Of a stretch of 64,000 nt of DNA, positions 18,413-28,656 are shown one piece after another. The stretch is from Candidatus Eiseniibacteriota bacterium (GTDB lineage: Bacteria; Eisenbacteria; RBG-16-71-46), in contig JBGAOA010000014.1 in NCBI GenBank assembly GCA_044222065.1, positions 1 through 64,000 on the forward strand, in the 5' to 3' direction. Below the pieces are notes generated by a model, which saw only the letters and a program-made list of their open reading frames with translations, was not told the DNA's origin and made no database searches. Made by a program: the position numbers and the translations under genes. The first letter of the stretch is position 1; each line of letters starts with the position of its first letter.

Positions 18413-18988
18413 TCAGACGGTGTACTTCAGTTCCTTGAAGCGCCGCTTCCAGCCGCCATCCACCGGTTCGTAGATGTGGCACGAGGTCATCTCGCCGCCG
18501 TAGACGTGGATCGTCACGGCCGGCGAGGCGTCGGCGTTCTCGAGCACGTGGTACTCGAACGGCGGGATGAGCGCGCCCGCTTCGCCCGGGCCCGCGTGGA
18601 TGACCGCTTCCTTCGCGAACTGGACGACGCCGCGTTCCGGGTCGCCGCCGCGCACCGAGTAGGAGGTCACGCGGATGCGGCCCTGGTACACGCACTCGAC
18701 GCACCACATGCCGGAATGATCATGAAGCGCCGTGCCCTGGCCGTTGTCCCACACCATGGCGAGCACCGTGTAGCGGCCCGCGGGGTCCCGGTGGATGAGC
18801 CGGCGCGCGTACGACGCGGCGGCCGGCGAGAGGAACCGCGCTTCGAGGAACGGCTCGGCGCCGCTCATGACCTGCTCGAGCACGGTCTTCACGTTGCGAC
18901 ATCGGGCTTCGTCGTCGGCGATCGCGACCGCCTCGTCGAGGCGGCGGATCAGGTCGTCGAGCTTCGCGCTCGGAGACAGTACGGCCAT
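18413..18988 (-). CDS. Cysteine dioxygenase family thiol dioxygenase
   Basis: YARRL, W..GQGTALHDH, YHVLEN and TIHVY form the 3-His cupin CDO pattern; RBS GGAGGA. Confidence 0.88.
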   Translation of the reverse strand: MAVLSPSAKLDDLIRRLDEAVAIADDEARCRNVKTVLEQVMSGAEPFLEARFLSPAAASYARRLIHRDPAGRYTVLAMVWDNGQGTALHDHSGMWCVECVYQGRIRVTSYSVRGGDPERGVVQFAKEAVIHAGPGEAGALIPPFEYHVLENADASPAVTIHVYGGEMTSCHIYEPVDGGWKRRFKELKYTV

Positions 18989-19083
18989 GGCGGGTTCCTC
19001 CGTGGGTCCTGAGCGCAGGTTAGCCCGTGCGCGCGACCCGCCGCGAGCCGAAAGTTCGCGCGCGCGCCGGCGGCAACGCGGCG

Positions 19084-19341
19084 TCAGACGCGGAGCAACG
19101 CGAGGAGCAGCGCGGCCGAGAGCAGCGAGGCCGAGACGAGCGCGGCGCCGATCGGACCCTCGGCGAACCAGCGGCGGTGGAACGCGGCCGTGAACAGCGC
19201 GGCGAGTTCGAGCGCCACGACCGCGACGCCCATCATGCGCCACGGGATCGGGAGTTCGGCGGCGGCGGCGGAGAGCGCCATCGAGACGAGACCGGCGAGG
19301 ACGAGGTGCGGTGCGAAGCGGTGATCGCGGGTGGCGTACAA
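19084..19341 (-). CDS. Small hydrophobic hypothetical membrane protein
   Basis: 85 aa with three hydrophobic stretches; TTG start with a purine-rich RBS. Confidence 0.4.
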   Translation of the reverse strand: MYATRDHRFAPHLVLAGLVSMALSAAAAELPIPWRMMGVAVVALELAALFTAAFHRRWFAEGPIGAALVSASLLSAALLLALLRV

Positions 19342-19471
19342 GGCGGAGCCCCTCGGAGGTTGGGACGCCCGGTCGCGACTTGGTACTCCGGGGCGGGGCG
19401 CACGGTTCCTCGGAGATCTCCTCGGACCGGCAAATCCACACCGAGCCCTGCGTCAGTCCGGAACTCCCGGG

Positions 19472-20293
19472 CTACGGACTCCGCGCGGGGCGCCGGCCTC
19501 GGAGGTCATCCGCTAGCGCCATTGCCAGCGAGTCGAGCCGTTTCGCCGAGACCTCGCGACATTCGAGGGCGTGCATCGCGGCGATTTCCGAGTCGTGCCA
19601 GGCCACGAACCGATCCGCATCGAATCGCCTGCCGCGCCACAAGTCCGCCACCTGATGGCGCCCCAGAGCGTCCGTGAAATCCACTCGAACCAGTTGAAGG
19701 AACTCGGGCAGGGAGTTTCGCCAGCTTCGGCCGGAGCGCGCGAGCTCCAACATCGCGCCTGCAACGAGCGCCCAATTGCCCGGGGAGATGTTCACCAGAT
19801 TCGCGAAGGTCCAGAGGGTGTCTTGAGACGTTCCTCCATCCCAGGACACGTCGTAGTAATCCGTCACGGGGATCATCAGCGAATCGAGTCGCATCGGGAG
19901 TGTGTCGGAGTAAACGGGCACGATGAATGCCGTGTAGGCCCTCGCCGAAACATCCAGCGCGACGCCCTTGTCCTTGAAAACGTGCAGCGCTTCCCAGCTG
20001 TAGAAGCGAGTGCGGTCGTCCATCCGGAGATCGGACAGCAAGCGGAAATGGGGCGCGCTCTCACTCTCCATGATCCGAGTCTGGAGATCGGCGATCTGAG
20101 TCTGGCGCTTCGAAAGTTCGTTCTGCTGCCAGGACACGAAGATCGACGCGCACGTCAGTGCGGCTGCGGCGATGGTCTCGAAAAACACCCGGTTCGTATC
20201 GAGCCATCCGCGCACGGCGGCCCATGCGCCTTCCCGCCTGGTTGGGTCGACCGGCGGCTCCGGTCGCTTCCGATCGTGAGGGGCGTCCTTCAC
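19472..20293 (-). CDS. Hypothetical membrane-anchored protein with lower GC
   Basis: GTG start overlaps the cax stop (GTGA); one TM followed by a Gln-rich coiled segment; visibly more A/T than neighbouring genes. Confidence 0.6.
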   Translation of the reverse strand: MKDAPHDRKRPEPPVDPTRREGAWAAVRGWLDTNRVFFETIAAAALTCASIFVSWQQNELSKRQTQIADLQTRIMESESAPHFRLLSDLRMDDRTRFYSWEALHVFKDKGVALDVSARAYTAFIVPVYSDTLPMRLDSLMIPVTDYYDVSWDGGTSQDTLWTFANLVNISPGNWALVAGAMLELARSGRSWRNSLPEFLQLVRVDFTDALGRHQVADLWRGRRFDADRFVAWHDSEIAAMHALECREVSAKRLDSLAMALADDLRGRRPARSP

Positions 20294-21372
20294 GGCAGGA
20301 AGTAGAACGCCAGCGCCAGGATCACGTACACGGCGAGCAGCATCGCGCCCTCGAGCCAGTTCGACTCGCCGTCCTGCGACACGAGGTTCACGATCGCGAC
20401 CGAGATGCCGACCGCGAGCACCTCGAACGGGCTGAAGCGCAGGTCCATCGGACCGTGCGGCATCAGGTACGAGGCGAACACGAGCACCGACGCGACGAAC
20501 AGCGCGATCTGGATGCTCGAGCCGATCGCGATGTTGAGCGCCAGGTCCATCTTGTTCTTCATCGCCACGATCACGGCGGTCGAGTGCTCGGCGGCATTTC
20601 CGATCACGGCCACGACGATCACGCCGACGAACACTTCCGTGAGCCCGAGCGCGTGCGAGGCTTCCTCCACCGCGCCGACGAGCAGCTCGCTCATCCACGC
20701 GACGAGCGCGGTCGCGACGAGCAGCGTGACGATCGAGCGGCCGAGCGGCGCGGACGTCGGCGCGTGCGCCTCGGCACCCTCCTGTCCGGCGTAGAGGTGC
20801 TTGTGCGTGCGCAGGCTGAACAGCAGGCTCAGCACGTACGCCACCGCGAGCACGACCGCGATCTCGAGCGACAGGCTGCGCTCGATCGCGATCTCCTTCT
20901 GCGCCGTGAGCGCCTCGCGCGCGACGGCGGCGTCGGCGACGAAGTGGAACATCGCCGGCACGACGAGGCCGATCGCGGCGAGCGCGAGCATCGTCGAGCC
21001 CGCGGCGGCGGCGGCGCGGTCGAAGGTCTGGCGTTCGCGCCGCGCGCCGCCCGCGACGATCGACAGCCCGAGCACGAGCAGCGCGTTCCCGATGATCGAA
21101 CCCGTGAGGCTGGCTTTCACGACGTCGTAGAGGCCGCGCTGGAGCGCGACGAGCGCGATGATCAGCTCGGCCGCGTTCCCGAACGTCGCATTGAGGAGTC
21201 CGCCGACGCCGGCGCCGAGCCGCGACGCGACGTGCTCCGTCGCCTCGCCCATGAGCCCGGCGAGCGGCACGATCGCGAGGCACGCGAACACGAACACCGT
21301 GACGCCGCCCCAGTGCATCCACTCGGCCACCGCCGCGAGCGGGACGAACACGAGCAGCACGCGCAGCAGCAT
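20290..21372 (-). CDS. cax: Ca2+/H+ antiporter (CAX/ChaA family); start may be up to ~80 nt further upstream
   Basis: [32 protein letters not shown] and SNWLEG motifs. Confidence 0.93.
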   Translation of the reverse strand: MLLRVLLVFVPLAAVAEWMHWGGVTVFVFACLAIVPLAGLMGEATEHVASRLGAGVGGLLNATFGNAAELIIALVALQRGLYDVVKASLTGSIIGNALLVLGLSIVAGGARRERQTFDRAAAAAGSTMLALAAIGLVVPAMFHFVADAAVAREALTAQKEIAIERSLSLEIAVVLAVAYVLSLLFSLRTHKHLYAGQEGAEAHAPTSAPLGRSIVTLLVATALVAWMSELLVGAVEEASHALGLTEVFVGVIVVAVIGNAAEHSTAVIVAMKNKMDLALNIAIGSSIQIALFVASVLVFASYLMPHGPMDLRFSPFEVLAVGISVAIVNLVSQDGESNWLEGAMLLAVYVILALAFYFLP

Positions 21373-21608
21373 CTCGGGCGAGAACGCGAACGGGCGCGCG
21401 GCGGCGGCGCCCGAGGCCGAATGATGCCGGTTCGTGAGGATCACGGCGCGGCACATTGCCGCAGGGCGGCGCCGCGCGCAACGCGTTCAGAGCGCGGGCC
21501 GGCGTGCCGATACCGCGCGGAGCCGGCCTCGGCCGGCGCCGTTCGACCGAGGCGCGCGGGCCGCGCGCGGGGCGGCCGCCGGGGGCAGGAGCCAGGGAGG
21601 ATCCGATC

Positions 21609-22034
21609 ATGCGGAAGCGAATCACGACGATCGCGATGGCCGCGGGCGCGCTGCTCGCGCTCGGCGCGTGCGCGAAGTCGAACCAGGCGATGCTGCCCGA
21701 CTCGGTGTTCGCCGCCGACCTCGTGCCCGTCTACAAGAACTGCGAACTCACCGACCAGATGGGCAACGAGAGCTGGGGGGACGAGCCGGAGTCCTACACG
21801 AAGGGCAACACGTGGTTCTTCAAGACGAAGGCGTCGCAGGACGAACTCGTGGCGTTCTACGAGAAGCAGTTTCCGAACGCCGAGCGTCAGGTGATGGACG
21901 ACGGCGGGATCGAGTTCACGCTCTATCCGGCGGACGCCGTGAAGCCGTACGAGAGCGTGAGCGTCGTCGTGCGTGACGGGTCGCTGCAGATCGGCGAGAG
22001 CTTCCAGCCGCGGCGCAAGGCGAAGAAGAGCTAG
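21609..22034 (+). CDS. Hypothetical lipoprotein
   Basis: RBS GGAGG; lipobox LALGAC; typical codon usage. Confidence 0.75.
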   Translation: MRKRITTIAMAAGALLALGACAKSNQAMLPDSVFAADLVPVYKNCELTDQMGNESWGDEPESYTKGNTWFFKTKASQDELVAFYEKQFPNAERQVMDDGGIEFTLYPADAVKPYESVSVVVRDGSLQIGESFQPRRKAKKS

Positions 22035-22096
22035 CCCGGCCCACTCGTGCACGCGCGGCCTGCGAACGCCGGCTCGCGATGCCTGAATAACTCGGG

Positions 22097-23188
22097 CTAG
22101 GGCAGCCGCACGAAGCGCGCCGCGTACGCGCGCGCGGAGGCGCGGACGCTCGCGAAGTAGACGCCGGGCGGCGCGATCCGTCCGGCGTCGTCCGTTCCGT
22201 CCCAGCGCCACTCGGACGCGCCGGAGCCGAGCGCGAAGCGGCGCCACGCGCGGCCGGACGCATCGAGGATGCGCGCCTCGCCGCCGCCGTCGAGCCGGAC
22301 GTCGAAGCGGATCGATTCCCCGCGCCGCATCGGGTTCGGAGCGAACGCGAGCGCTCCGATGCGCGCCGTCGGCGACGCCGCGTCGAGCACGGGCGGCGGC
22401 ACGAGCGTGGTCTCGACCATCGCGATCTCCTCGGCCCAGTAGGGCGGGATCGTGTCCCACGGATTCGGGAGCGTGTCGCTCACGACCAGCACCGCGCCGA
22501 CGTTGCGGCGCGCCGCGAGTGCGATGGCATCGCGCATGAGCGTGGCGTTCGAGACGCGGTAGAACAGGTTCACGAAGCGCTCGGGCCCGTAGCCCGCCGT
22601 CCATGCGGGCGGCGTCGCGGCGAGGTAGCCCGCGGAGTTCTCCCACGTCACGAGCGCGTCGGCGCACGGCCACGCGAGGTACAGCTCGCTCGTCGTCGTG
22701 CCGGGATTGCCGAGCACGTTCCAGGCGCGCGGCGCGGCCGCGGCGAAGTCGTAGATCGCGCGGTAGTAGTCGAGCGTGGCGGTGTCGGTCGCGTTCGACA
22801 TCTCGTCCACGAACAGCGCGTCGGGTCCGTAGAGCGTCTGCCACGCCGCGACGTCGGCGAGCACGGTGGCGAGCGGGCGCGCGCCGTAGGACGAGTACAC
22901 GTAGCCGTACAGGAACGCGCCGTGCGCGCGCAGGTTCGCGACCGCCGCGACGTAGTTGGGATCGGCGGCCGCGCCGGGACCGCTCGCGGGATTCAGGATG
23001 ACGCCGAGCGGCACGCGATCGGCCGCCGCCGCGAGCGAGTCCCAGTAGGCGCTGCCGGGCGCGGGGTACTCGTATGCCGGCACGAGCAGCCGCATCGGCT
23101 GCGATTCGGCGAGTGCTGCGGGCGCGAGGCCGGCGAGCGCGAGGATTGCGGCGAGGGCGGCGAGGGGCGTGCGCACGCGGCGCAGCAT
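22097..23188 (-). CDS. Spherulin-4 (GH135-like) family protein with FlgD-like C-terminal domain
   Basis: LLVPAYEYP, ILNPASGPG, YGYV, LFVDE, GNPG, TWEN and NPWDTIPPYW motifs; PNP...WDGTDDAG...GVYF tail. Confidence 0.85.
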   Translation of the reverse strand: MLRRVRTPLAALAAILALAGLAPAALAESQPMRLLVPAYEYPAPGSAYWDSLAAAADRVPLGVILNPASGPGAAADPNYVAAVANLRAHGAFLYGYVYSSYGARPLATVLADVAAWQTLYGPDALFVDEMSNATDTATLDYYRAIYDFAAAAPRAWNVLGNPGTTTSELYLAWPCADALVTWENSAGYLAATPPAWTAGYGPERFVNLFYRVSNATLMRDAIALAARRNVGAVLVVSDTLPNPWDTIPPYWAEEIAMVETTLVPPPVLDAASPTARIGALAFAPNPMRRGESIRFDVRLDGGGEARILDASGRAWRRFALGSGASEWRWDGTDDAGRIAPPGVYFASVRASARAYAARFVRLP

Positions 23189-23205
23189 ACACCGCCGAAA
23201 ACGCG

Positions 23206-23233
23206 ACGGGCGGGAGCCGAAGCTCCCGCCCGT
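23206..23233 (-). terminator. nrdJ terminator
   Basis: ACGGGCGGGAGC-cgaa-GCTCCCGCCCGT 12-bp stem (TTCG loop on the minus strand) followed by TTTT. Confidence 0.75.
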
Positions 23234-23264
23234 GCGCGGATCCGCCGTCAGCGGCGCGCGACGC

Positions 23265-26200
23265 TCACGAACAGCCGAGGCTCGTCCCGCAGTTCAGGCA
23301 CTTGAAGCACGTGCCGTTGCGGATCGTGAGGTGGCCGCAGTTGTCGCACATCGGCGCGTCGCCTTTAAACTTCTTGATCTGCTCTGCCATGCCGCCGTCG
23401 GGCGCCGTGCTCTCGGACGGATTCGGGGTGCGCATCCGGGCGCGCGCCGCGATCGCCGCGCCGTTCGCCGGACCCTTGACGTGGTCGCGGCCGACCCCGG
23501 GGGGCTTCGGATGGCCCTGGATGTTCTCGTCCACGATGTGAACGAGATCGTCGCGCCCCTGGTACTCGTAGCCGAGCACGCGGAACACGTAGTCGATCAC
23601 GCTCGTGCACGCGCGGATGTTGTCGTGCCCGTCCACACGGCCGTTCGGCTCGAAGCGCGTGAAGCAGAACTGGTCCACGAGGTCGCCGAGGGGGACGCCG
23701 TACTGGAGGCCCATCGAGACCGAGATCGCGAAGCAGTTCATGAGGCTTCGGAACGCCGCGCCTTCCTTGTGCATGTCGATGAAGATCTCGCCGAGCGTGC
23801 CGTCGTCGTACTCGCCGGAGCGCAGGAAGACCTTGTGCCCGGCGATGCGCGCCTCCTGCGTGACGCCGAAGCGGCGCTTCGGCAGGCGGCGGCGCTGGAG
23901 CTGGGCCGGAGGAACGATTCCGGCGGCTTCGGGCTTCGCGGCCGAATCGGAGTCCTTCTCCTTGTCCTTCTTGCTCGTCGCGAGCGGCTGGCTGAACTTG
24001 CAGCCGTCGCGGTAGAGCGCCACGGCCTTGAGACCCAGCCGCCACGACTGCGTGTAGATGTGCTCGATGTCGGCGACCGACGCCTCGTTCGGCAGGTTCA
24101 CGGTCTTGCTGATCGCGCCCGAGATGAACGGCTGCACCGCCGCCATCATGCGCACGTGGCCCATCGGTTCGATGAAGCGCGTGCCGTGCGATCCGCAGCG
24201 GTTCGCGCAGTCGAACACGGGCAGGTGCTCGGGCTTGAGTCCCGGCGCCCCTTCGACGGTCTGCGTGCCGCAGATGTAGGCGTTCGCGGCCTCGATCTGC
24301 TCGTCGGTGAAGCCCAGGACCGGCAGGACGTTGAACGCGGGCTTCTCGCGTTCGGCGATCGTGACGCCGAGCCGCGTGAGCGTGTCGTCGCCGATCATGC
24401 CGCGGCCGAACGCGGAGCGGATGTCGAGCATCGTCGGGAGCGAGCGCTCGATGCGGTCGATCTCCTCGTTCGTGAAGCCCTTCTGCGCGAGCGACGTGTG
24501 ATGGACGTGCGGCGCACCTTCGAGCGTGCCCGAGCCGATCGCGTGCTGGATCATGCGCGCGATCGCCGGGTCGTCGTAGCCGAGCGAGTGGAGCGCGAGC
24601 GGCACCGACTGGTTCACGATCTTGAAGTAGCCGCCGCCCGCGAGCTTCTTGAACTTCACGAGCGCGAAGTCGGGTTCGACGCCGGTCGTGTCGCAGTCCA
24701 TCAGGAGCCCGATCGTGCCGGTCGGCGCGAGCACGGTCGCCTGCGCGTTGCGATAGCCGTGGAGCGATCCGAACGCGACCGCGCGATCCCAGCACTCCAT
24801 CGCCGCCTGCCGCAGTTCGCGCGGCGCGGACTTGGGATCGATCGCGCGCGACGCGTCGCGGTGCATGCGCATGACGTCGAGCATCGAGTCGCGGTTCTCG
24901 TCGAAACCTTCGAACGGACCCTTGCTCGCCGCCATCTCGGCCGAGAGCGCGTAGGCCTCGCCCGTCATCATCGCCGTGACGCACGCGGCGTAGGAGCGCG
25001 CGGCGTCGCTGTCGTAAGGCAGCCCGTTCACCATGAGCAGCGTGCCCAGGTTCGCGTAGCCGAGTCCGAGCGGACGGAAGCGCTCGCTCTTCTCGGCGAT
25101 CCGTTCGGTGGGGTAGCTCGCGAAGCTCACGGCGATCTCCTGCGCGAGGAAGAACACCCGGTTCGCGTGCTGGTAGCCCGCGACGTCGAACGAGCCGTCG
25201 GCGTTGCGGAACTTCATGAGATTGATCGAGGCGAGGTTGCACGCCGTGTCGTCGAGGAACACGAACTCGCTGCACGGATTCGTCGCGTGGATGCGGTCCG
25301 TGCCCTTGCAGGTGTGCCAGCGCTGGATCGTGTCGTCGAACTGGACGCCGGGGTCCGCGCAGTGCCACGCCGCGTCGGCGATCGTCTGCCACAGCGCGCG
25401 GGCGCGGTGCGTCTCGTGGACGGCGCCGGTCGTGCGCATCGTGGTCTTCCACTCACCGTCGTTCTCGACCGCGGTCATGAACGCGTCAGGCACGCGCACC
25501 GAGTTGTTCGAGTTCTGGCCCGAGACGGTCGCGTAGGCCTCGCCGTTGAAGTCCGACGAGTAGCCGGCCTGCACGAGCGCACCGACCTTCTTCTCTTCGC
25601 GGACCTTCCACAACACGAAGTCCACGATCTCGGGGTGGTCCATGTCGAGCACGACCATCTTGGCCGCGCGCCGCGTCGTGCCGCCCGACTTGGTCGCGCC
25701 GGCGCCGCGGTCGAGCACCTCGAGGAAGCTCATGAGTCCCGACGACGTGCCGCCGCCCGAGAGCTTCTCCATGCGCCCGCGCAGCTTCGAGAAGTTGGTC
25801 CCGGTGCCCGAGCCGAACTTGAACACGCGCGCTTCGTTGCGCGCGAGTTCGAAGATGCTCATGAGGTCGTCGCCGACCGACTGGATGAAGCACGCCGACA
25901 CCTGCGGGCGCGAGTACGAGTCCGCGGTCTCGCGCACGGTGCGCGTGTCCGGGTCCCAGTAGAAGTTCCCGCCGCTGCCGCCGATGCCGTACTCGTGGAA
26001 CAGGCCGCAGTTGAACCACACCGGCGAATTGAAGGCGCCGATCTGGTGCACGAGCATGTACGCGAGTTCGGATTCGAACGCGTCGGCGTCCTCGCGCGAC
26101 GCGAAGTAGCCGCCCAGGCGTTCACCCTCGACGCGCAGCGTGCGCGCGATGCGGTGCACGACCTGGCGCACGCTCGTCTCGTGCCCCGGCGCCGTTTGCA

Positions 26201-26459
26201 GGCCGGCCTTGCGGAAGTACTTGCTCACGACGATGTCGGTCGCGAGCTGTGACCAGCCGGCCGGGACTTCGACCGCGTCCATCTTGAACACGATCGATCC
26301 GTCGGGGTTCGAGATCACCGTGGAGCGGCGATCCCACGTCACTTCATCGAGCGGATTCGTTCCCGCCTGCGTGAAGCGGCGCGGCACGCGAAGTCCCGCG
26401 AGAGTCGGCGCGGCGCTGGTCGAGGTGGTGCGGATGGATTCGTTGAGCGTCTGGGTCAT
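23265..26459 (-). CDS. nrdJ: Class II (adenosylcobalamin-dependent) ribonucleotide reductase with fused TSCPD domain and C-terminal Zn ribbon
   Basis: [39 protein letters not shown] and C-terminal CDNCG...CLNCG...GCS; RBS GGAGG. Confidence 0.97.
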   Translation of the reverse strand: MTQTLNESIRTTSTSAAPTLAGLRVPRRFTQAGTNPLDEVTWDRRSTVISNPDGSIVFKMDAVEVPAGWSQLATDIVVSKYFRKAGLQTAPGHETSVRQVVHRIARTLRVEGERLGGYFASREDADAFESELAYMLVHQIGAFNSPVWFNCGLFHEYGIGGSGGNFYWDPDTRTVRETADSYSRPQVSACFIQSVGDDLMSIFELARNEARVFKFGSGTGTNFSKLRGRMEKLSGGGTSSGLMSFLEVLDRGAGATKSGGTTRRAAKMVVLDMDHPEIVDFVLWKVREEKKVGALVQAGYSSDFNGEAYATVSGQNSNNSVRVPDAFMTAVENDGEWKTTMRTTGAVHETHRARALWQTIADAAWHCADPGVQFDDTIQRWHTCKGTDRIHATNPCSEFVFLDDTACNLASINLMKFRNADGSFDVAGYQHANRVFFLAQEIAVSFASYPTERIAEKSERFRPLGLGYANLGTLLMVNGLPYDSDAARSYAACVTAMMTGEAYALSAEMAASKGPFEGFDENRDSMLDVMRMHRDASRAIDPKSAPRELRQAAMECWDRAVAFGSLHGYRNAQATVLAPTGTIGLLMDCDTTGVEPDFALVKFKKLAGGGYFKIVNQSVPLALHSLGYDDPAIARMIQHAIGSGTLEGAPHVHHTSLAQKGFTNEEIDRIERSLPTMLDIRSAFGRGMIGDDTLTRLGVTIAEREKPAFNVLPVLGFTDEQIEAANAYICGTQTVEGAPGLKPEHLPVFDCANRCGSHGTRFIEPMGHVRMMAAVQPFISGAISKTVNLPNEASVADIEHIYTQSWRLGLKAVALYRDGCKFSQPLATSKKDKEKDSDSAAKPEAAGIVPPAQLQRRRLPKRRFGVTQEARIAGHKVFLRSGEYDDGTLGEIFIDMHKEGAAFRSLMNCFAISVSMGLQYGVPLGDLVDQFCFTRFEPNGRVDGHDNIRACTSVIDYVFRVLGYEYQGRDDLVHIVDENIQGHPKPPGVGRDHVKGPANGAAIAARARMRTPNPSESTAPDGGMAEQIKKFKGDAPMCDNCGHLTIRNGTCFKCLNCGTSLGCS

Positions 26460-27298
26460 TGCGGACCTCCCTGGTCCCTCGCGTTGCGCGATGACACCCT
26501 TCCGGTGCTTCGATCGAATCGCGGAGGCGACGATGAACTCATCAGCCTGCGCGGGACGACCCGCCTCGACTGCGAACTGCCCTGCGTCTGTGCGTGATTG
26601 GAAGGAGATGATGCCGTTCACTCGCGAGGTCGATCGTTGCGAACGGTGCCGAGCTTTTTCCCACCTCGGACGAAGTCGCGTCCAGAATTTTTTTCGCCGC
26701 GGAATTCCTGATCAACTTCGCTCTTGATTTCGAAAGCGTGCGTTTGGATCAGGATTCATGCGGTCGAAACGAGTGCGTGTTTTCGTGTTCCTCCCGACGA
26801 CCACGCGCGTCTCGCGCTCGTCGCACGACGAACGTCGCAGGCCGCGCGCGCACGCGATCCCCGTCGCGAAGCCGGGATTCGGCGCGCGCGAGCGAAGAGC
26901 GTGTGCGGTGGTCTCCGAGGCTCGAGCGCCGAACGCGCTCCGGCGTGAGTCGACGCCGTGCGGTCCCGCGCGTGAGCAGGCGAACGCGAGGAGCGAGTGC
27001 GTTCGGGTCGGGGGCGGGCACTATAGAGAGGAGGCGCCGATCGCGCCACCCGCGCATTCAAGCGCCGCGTTCGCAGCGCGTTCGACGCGGCGGCGTTTCG
27101 CGGCGGCACTTTCGGACGCGCGAGTCGAAGCGCGCGTGCGCGAACTCCGGCAATTCCCTCCGGACGATTCGTTCGCGCGCCGCGGACGGAATCGCCGACG
27201 CTCGTCGTGCGATGTGGCCTTCAACGCGCACGCGTCGGGTGACGGCGCCTCGAGCGCGCCTCGAGTGGCGCGCCGGGGAAATGAAAACGCGCCCGCGC

Positions 27299-27385
27299 CT
27301 CCCACCGGCTCCCGTCTTTTGACGGTCTCATCGGGGCCGGCCCTTCGGCCGGGATACCCGCGCGTCGTACGGAGCCGTATGGGAG
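27299..27385 (-). ncRNA. Candidate structured RNA (nrdJ RNA motif-like)
   Basis: On the minus strand, CGGCTCC pairs with GGAGCCG and encloses GTACG, a CCGGCC-gaag-GGCCGG hairpin and CCGTC-AAAA-GACGG. It lies about 840 nt upstream of nrdJ in a gene-free region. Confidence 0.45.
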
Positions 27386-27764
27386 AGCGCGAGCGCGCGC
27401 CGCAACATCCACGTTCGACGTCAGCGAACGCATCCCTCCCTTCGTGCGGACGCCTCTTCTCGACGGGCGCCCGCCCGACGCACGAACCGGATCGCGCCCG
27501 GAGCGTGCGGTGCGCGAGGATGCAGCGACCTCGCGCTGGAGCATCGTTACCGCATCGCGCGTGCCAGCGGAGGCGTCCGTTGTGCCCGCGCGACTTCGGC
27601 CTCCGACACGCACTTGGAGGAGCGGGACATCGTGCGCACCGCACGCGCGGGCGTTGCACGGCCAGCCTGGCAGGCAGGGGCCCGGCGGAGTGGCAGCCCG
27701 AGGCCGGAACGACGGCGGGCGCGCCCCGAGGTTCGGAGCGCGCCCGCCATTCGATCGTGTCCGG

Positions 27765-28580
27765 TCAGGGCTGCGCCGGCGTGTTCGAAATGACCCGGAT
27801 GTAGCTGATGAGGTCCTTGATCTGGTTCGGCTTGAGCGTGACCGTCCAGGCCGGCATGAAGGGCGACTTCTTGGCGTGCCCGCCGCCGAGCTCGATCGTC
27901 ACGAACAGCTCCTGGTCGCTCTTCTTCGCGAAGTAGGCCGTCTCGGTGAGGTTGCGCGGCCAGATGTTGTGGAGCTTCCGCAGCGTCGCGGCGTTGGGGC
28001 CGTCGCCCTTGCCCTCGGGGCCGTGGCAGCCGGAGCAGTAGTACACGAACCAGTGCCGGCCCTCGGTCGGGCTGCCGGGAGGTGCCGCGAGGTACTTCTC
28101 GATCGTCGCGCGCGGCACTTCGGGGTTGAGCGACGTCAGCTGCTGGACGAACTCCACGAGGCTGTCGAGTTCGGCCGGCTCGAGCTTGTCGCCCCACGCC
28201 GGCATGAGGTTCGAACGCCCGGTGTGTGCGCCGCCCTTCCTGATCACGTTGGTCAGGCCGGCCTTGCCGAGCTGGGCGATCCGCGCGCCGTTGGAAAGGT
28301 TCGGCGGCTGCACGCCGCTGCGCTCCTTCAGTTCGCGGGCGATCGGGCCGTCGCCGGCGCCGCCGTTGCCGTGGCACATGGCGCAGTTGGCGAGGAAGAC
28401 CTGCATGCCCCGCTGATTGATGGCGACGGCGGCGGGCGCGGGCTCGGGCTTGTAGTTCTGGGCCGTGGCCGTCGAATCGGTGGTCGCGGTCTGCGCCGGC
28501 TGCTTCTGGCACGACATCACGAACGCCGCGAGCCCGAACGCGAGCGTCGCCGTGACGAGCAATCGAATCACGACTCTCAT
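27765..28580 (-). CDS. Diheme class I cytochrome c lipoprotein
   Basis: Lipobox VMSC; CAMCH and CSGCH, each followed by a distal MPAW motif. Confidence 0.88.
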   Translation of the reverse strand: MRVVIRLLVTATLAFGLAAFVMSCQKQPAQTATTDSTATAQNYKPEPAPAAVAINQRGMQVFLANCAMCHGNGGAGDGPIARELKERSGVQPPNLSNGARIAQLGKAGLTNVIRKGGAHTGRSNLMPAWGDKLEPAELDSLVEFVQQLTSLNPEVPRATIEKYLAAPPGSPTEGRHWFVYYCSGCHGPEGKGDGPNAATLRKLHNIWPRNLTETAYFAKKSDQELFVTIELGGGHAKKSPFMPAWTVTLKPNQIKDLISYIRVISNTPAQP

Positions 28581-28656
28581 GCGGTCCATTCCTCCCCTGA
28601 AGGGTGACGGGTGCGCAGCATAGCCAGCGTGCGATGGCGCGCCAAGCGCGCGCCCG

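Noticed and set aside
23265..26459. Intein or intron in the long nrdJ
   Set aside because: The length is explained by the usual insertion, TSCPD domain and Zn ribbon; no intein splice motifs are visible.
26460..26621. In-frame N-terminal extension of nrdJ, and a CTGATGAG hammerhead-like core on the minus strand
   Set aside because: A strong RBS precedes the ATG at 26459, and there is no properly placed GAAA or stems for a hammerhead.
26460..27764. Cobalamin riboswitch, NrdR boxes or protein-coding ORFs upstream of nrdJ
   Set aside because: I recognise no B12-box. Only weak NrdR-like words occur (about 27018 and 27402), and the ORFs there lack coding-like composition.
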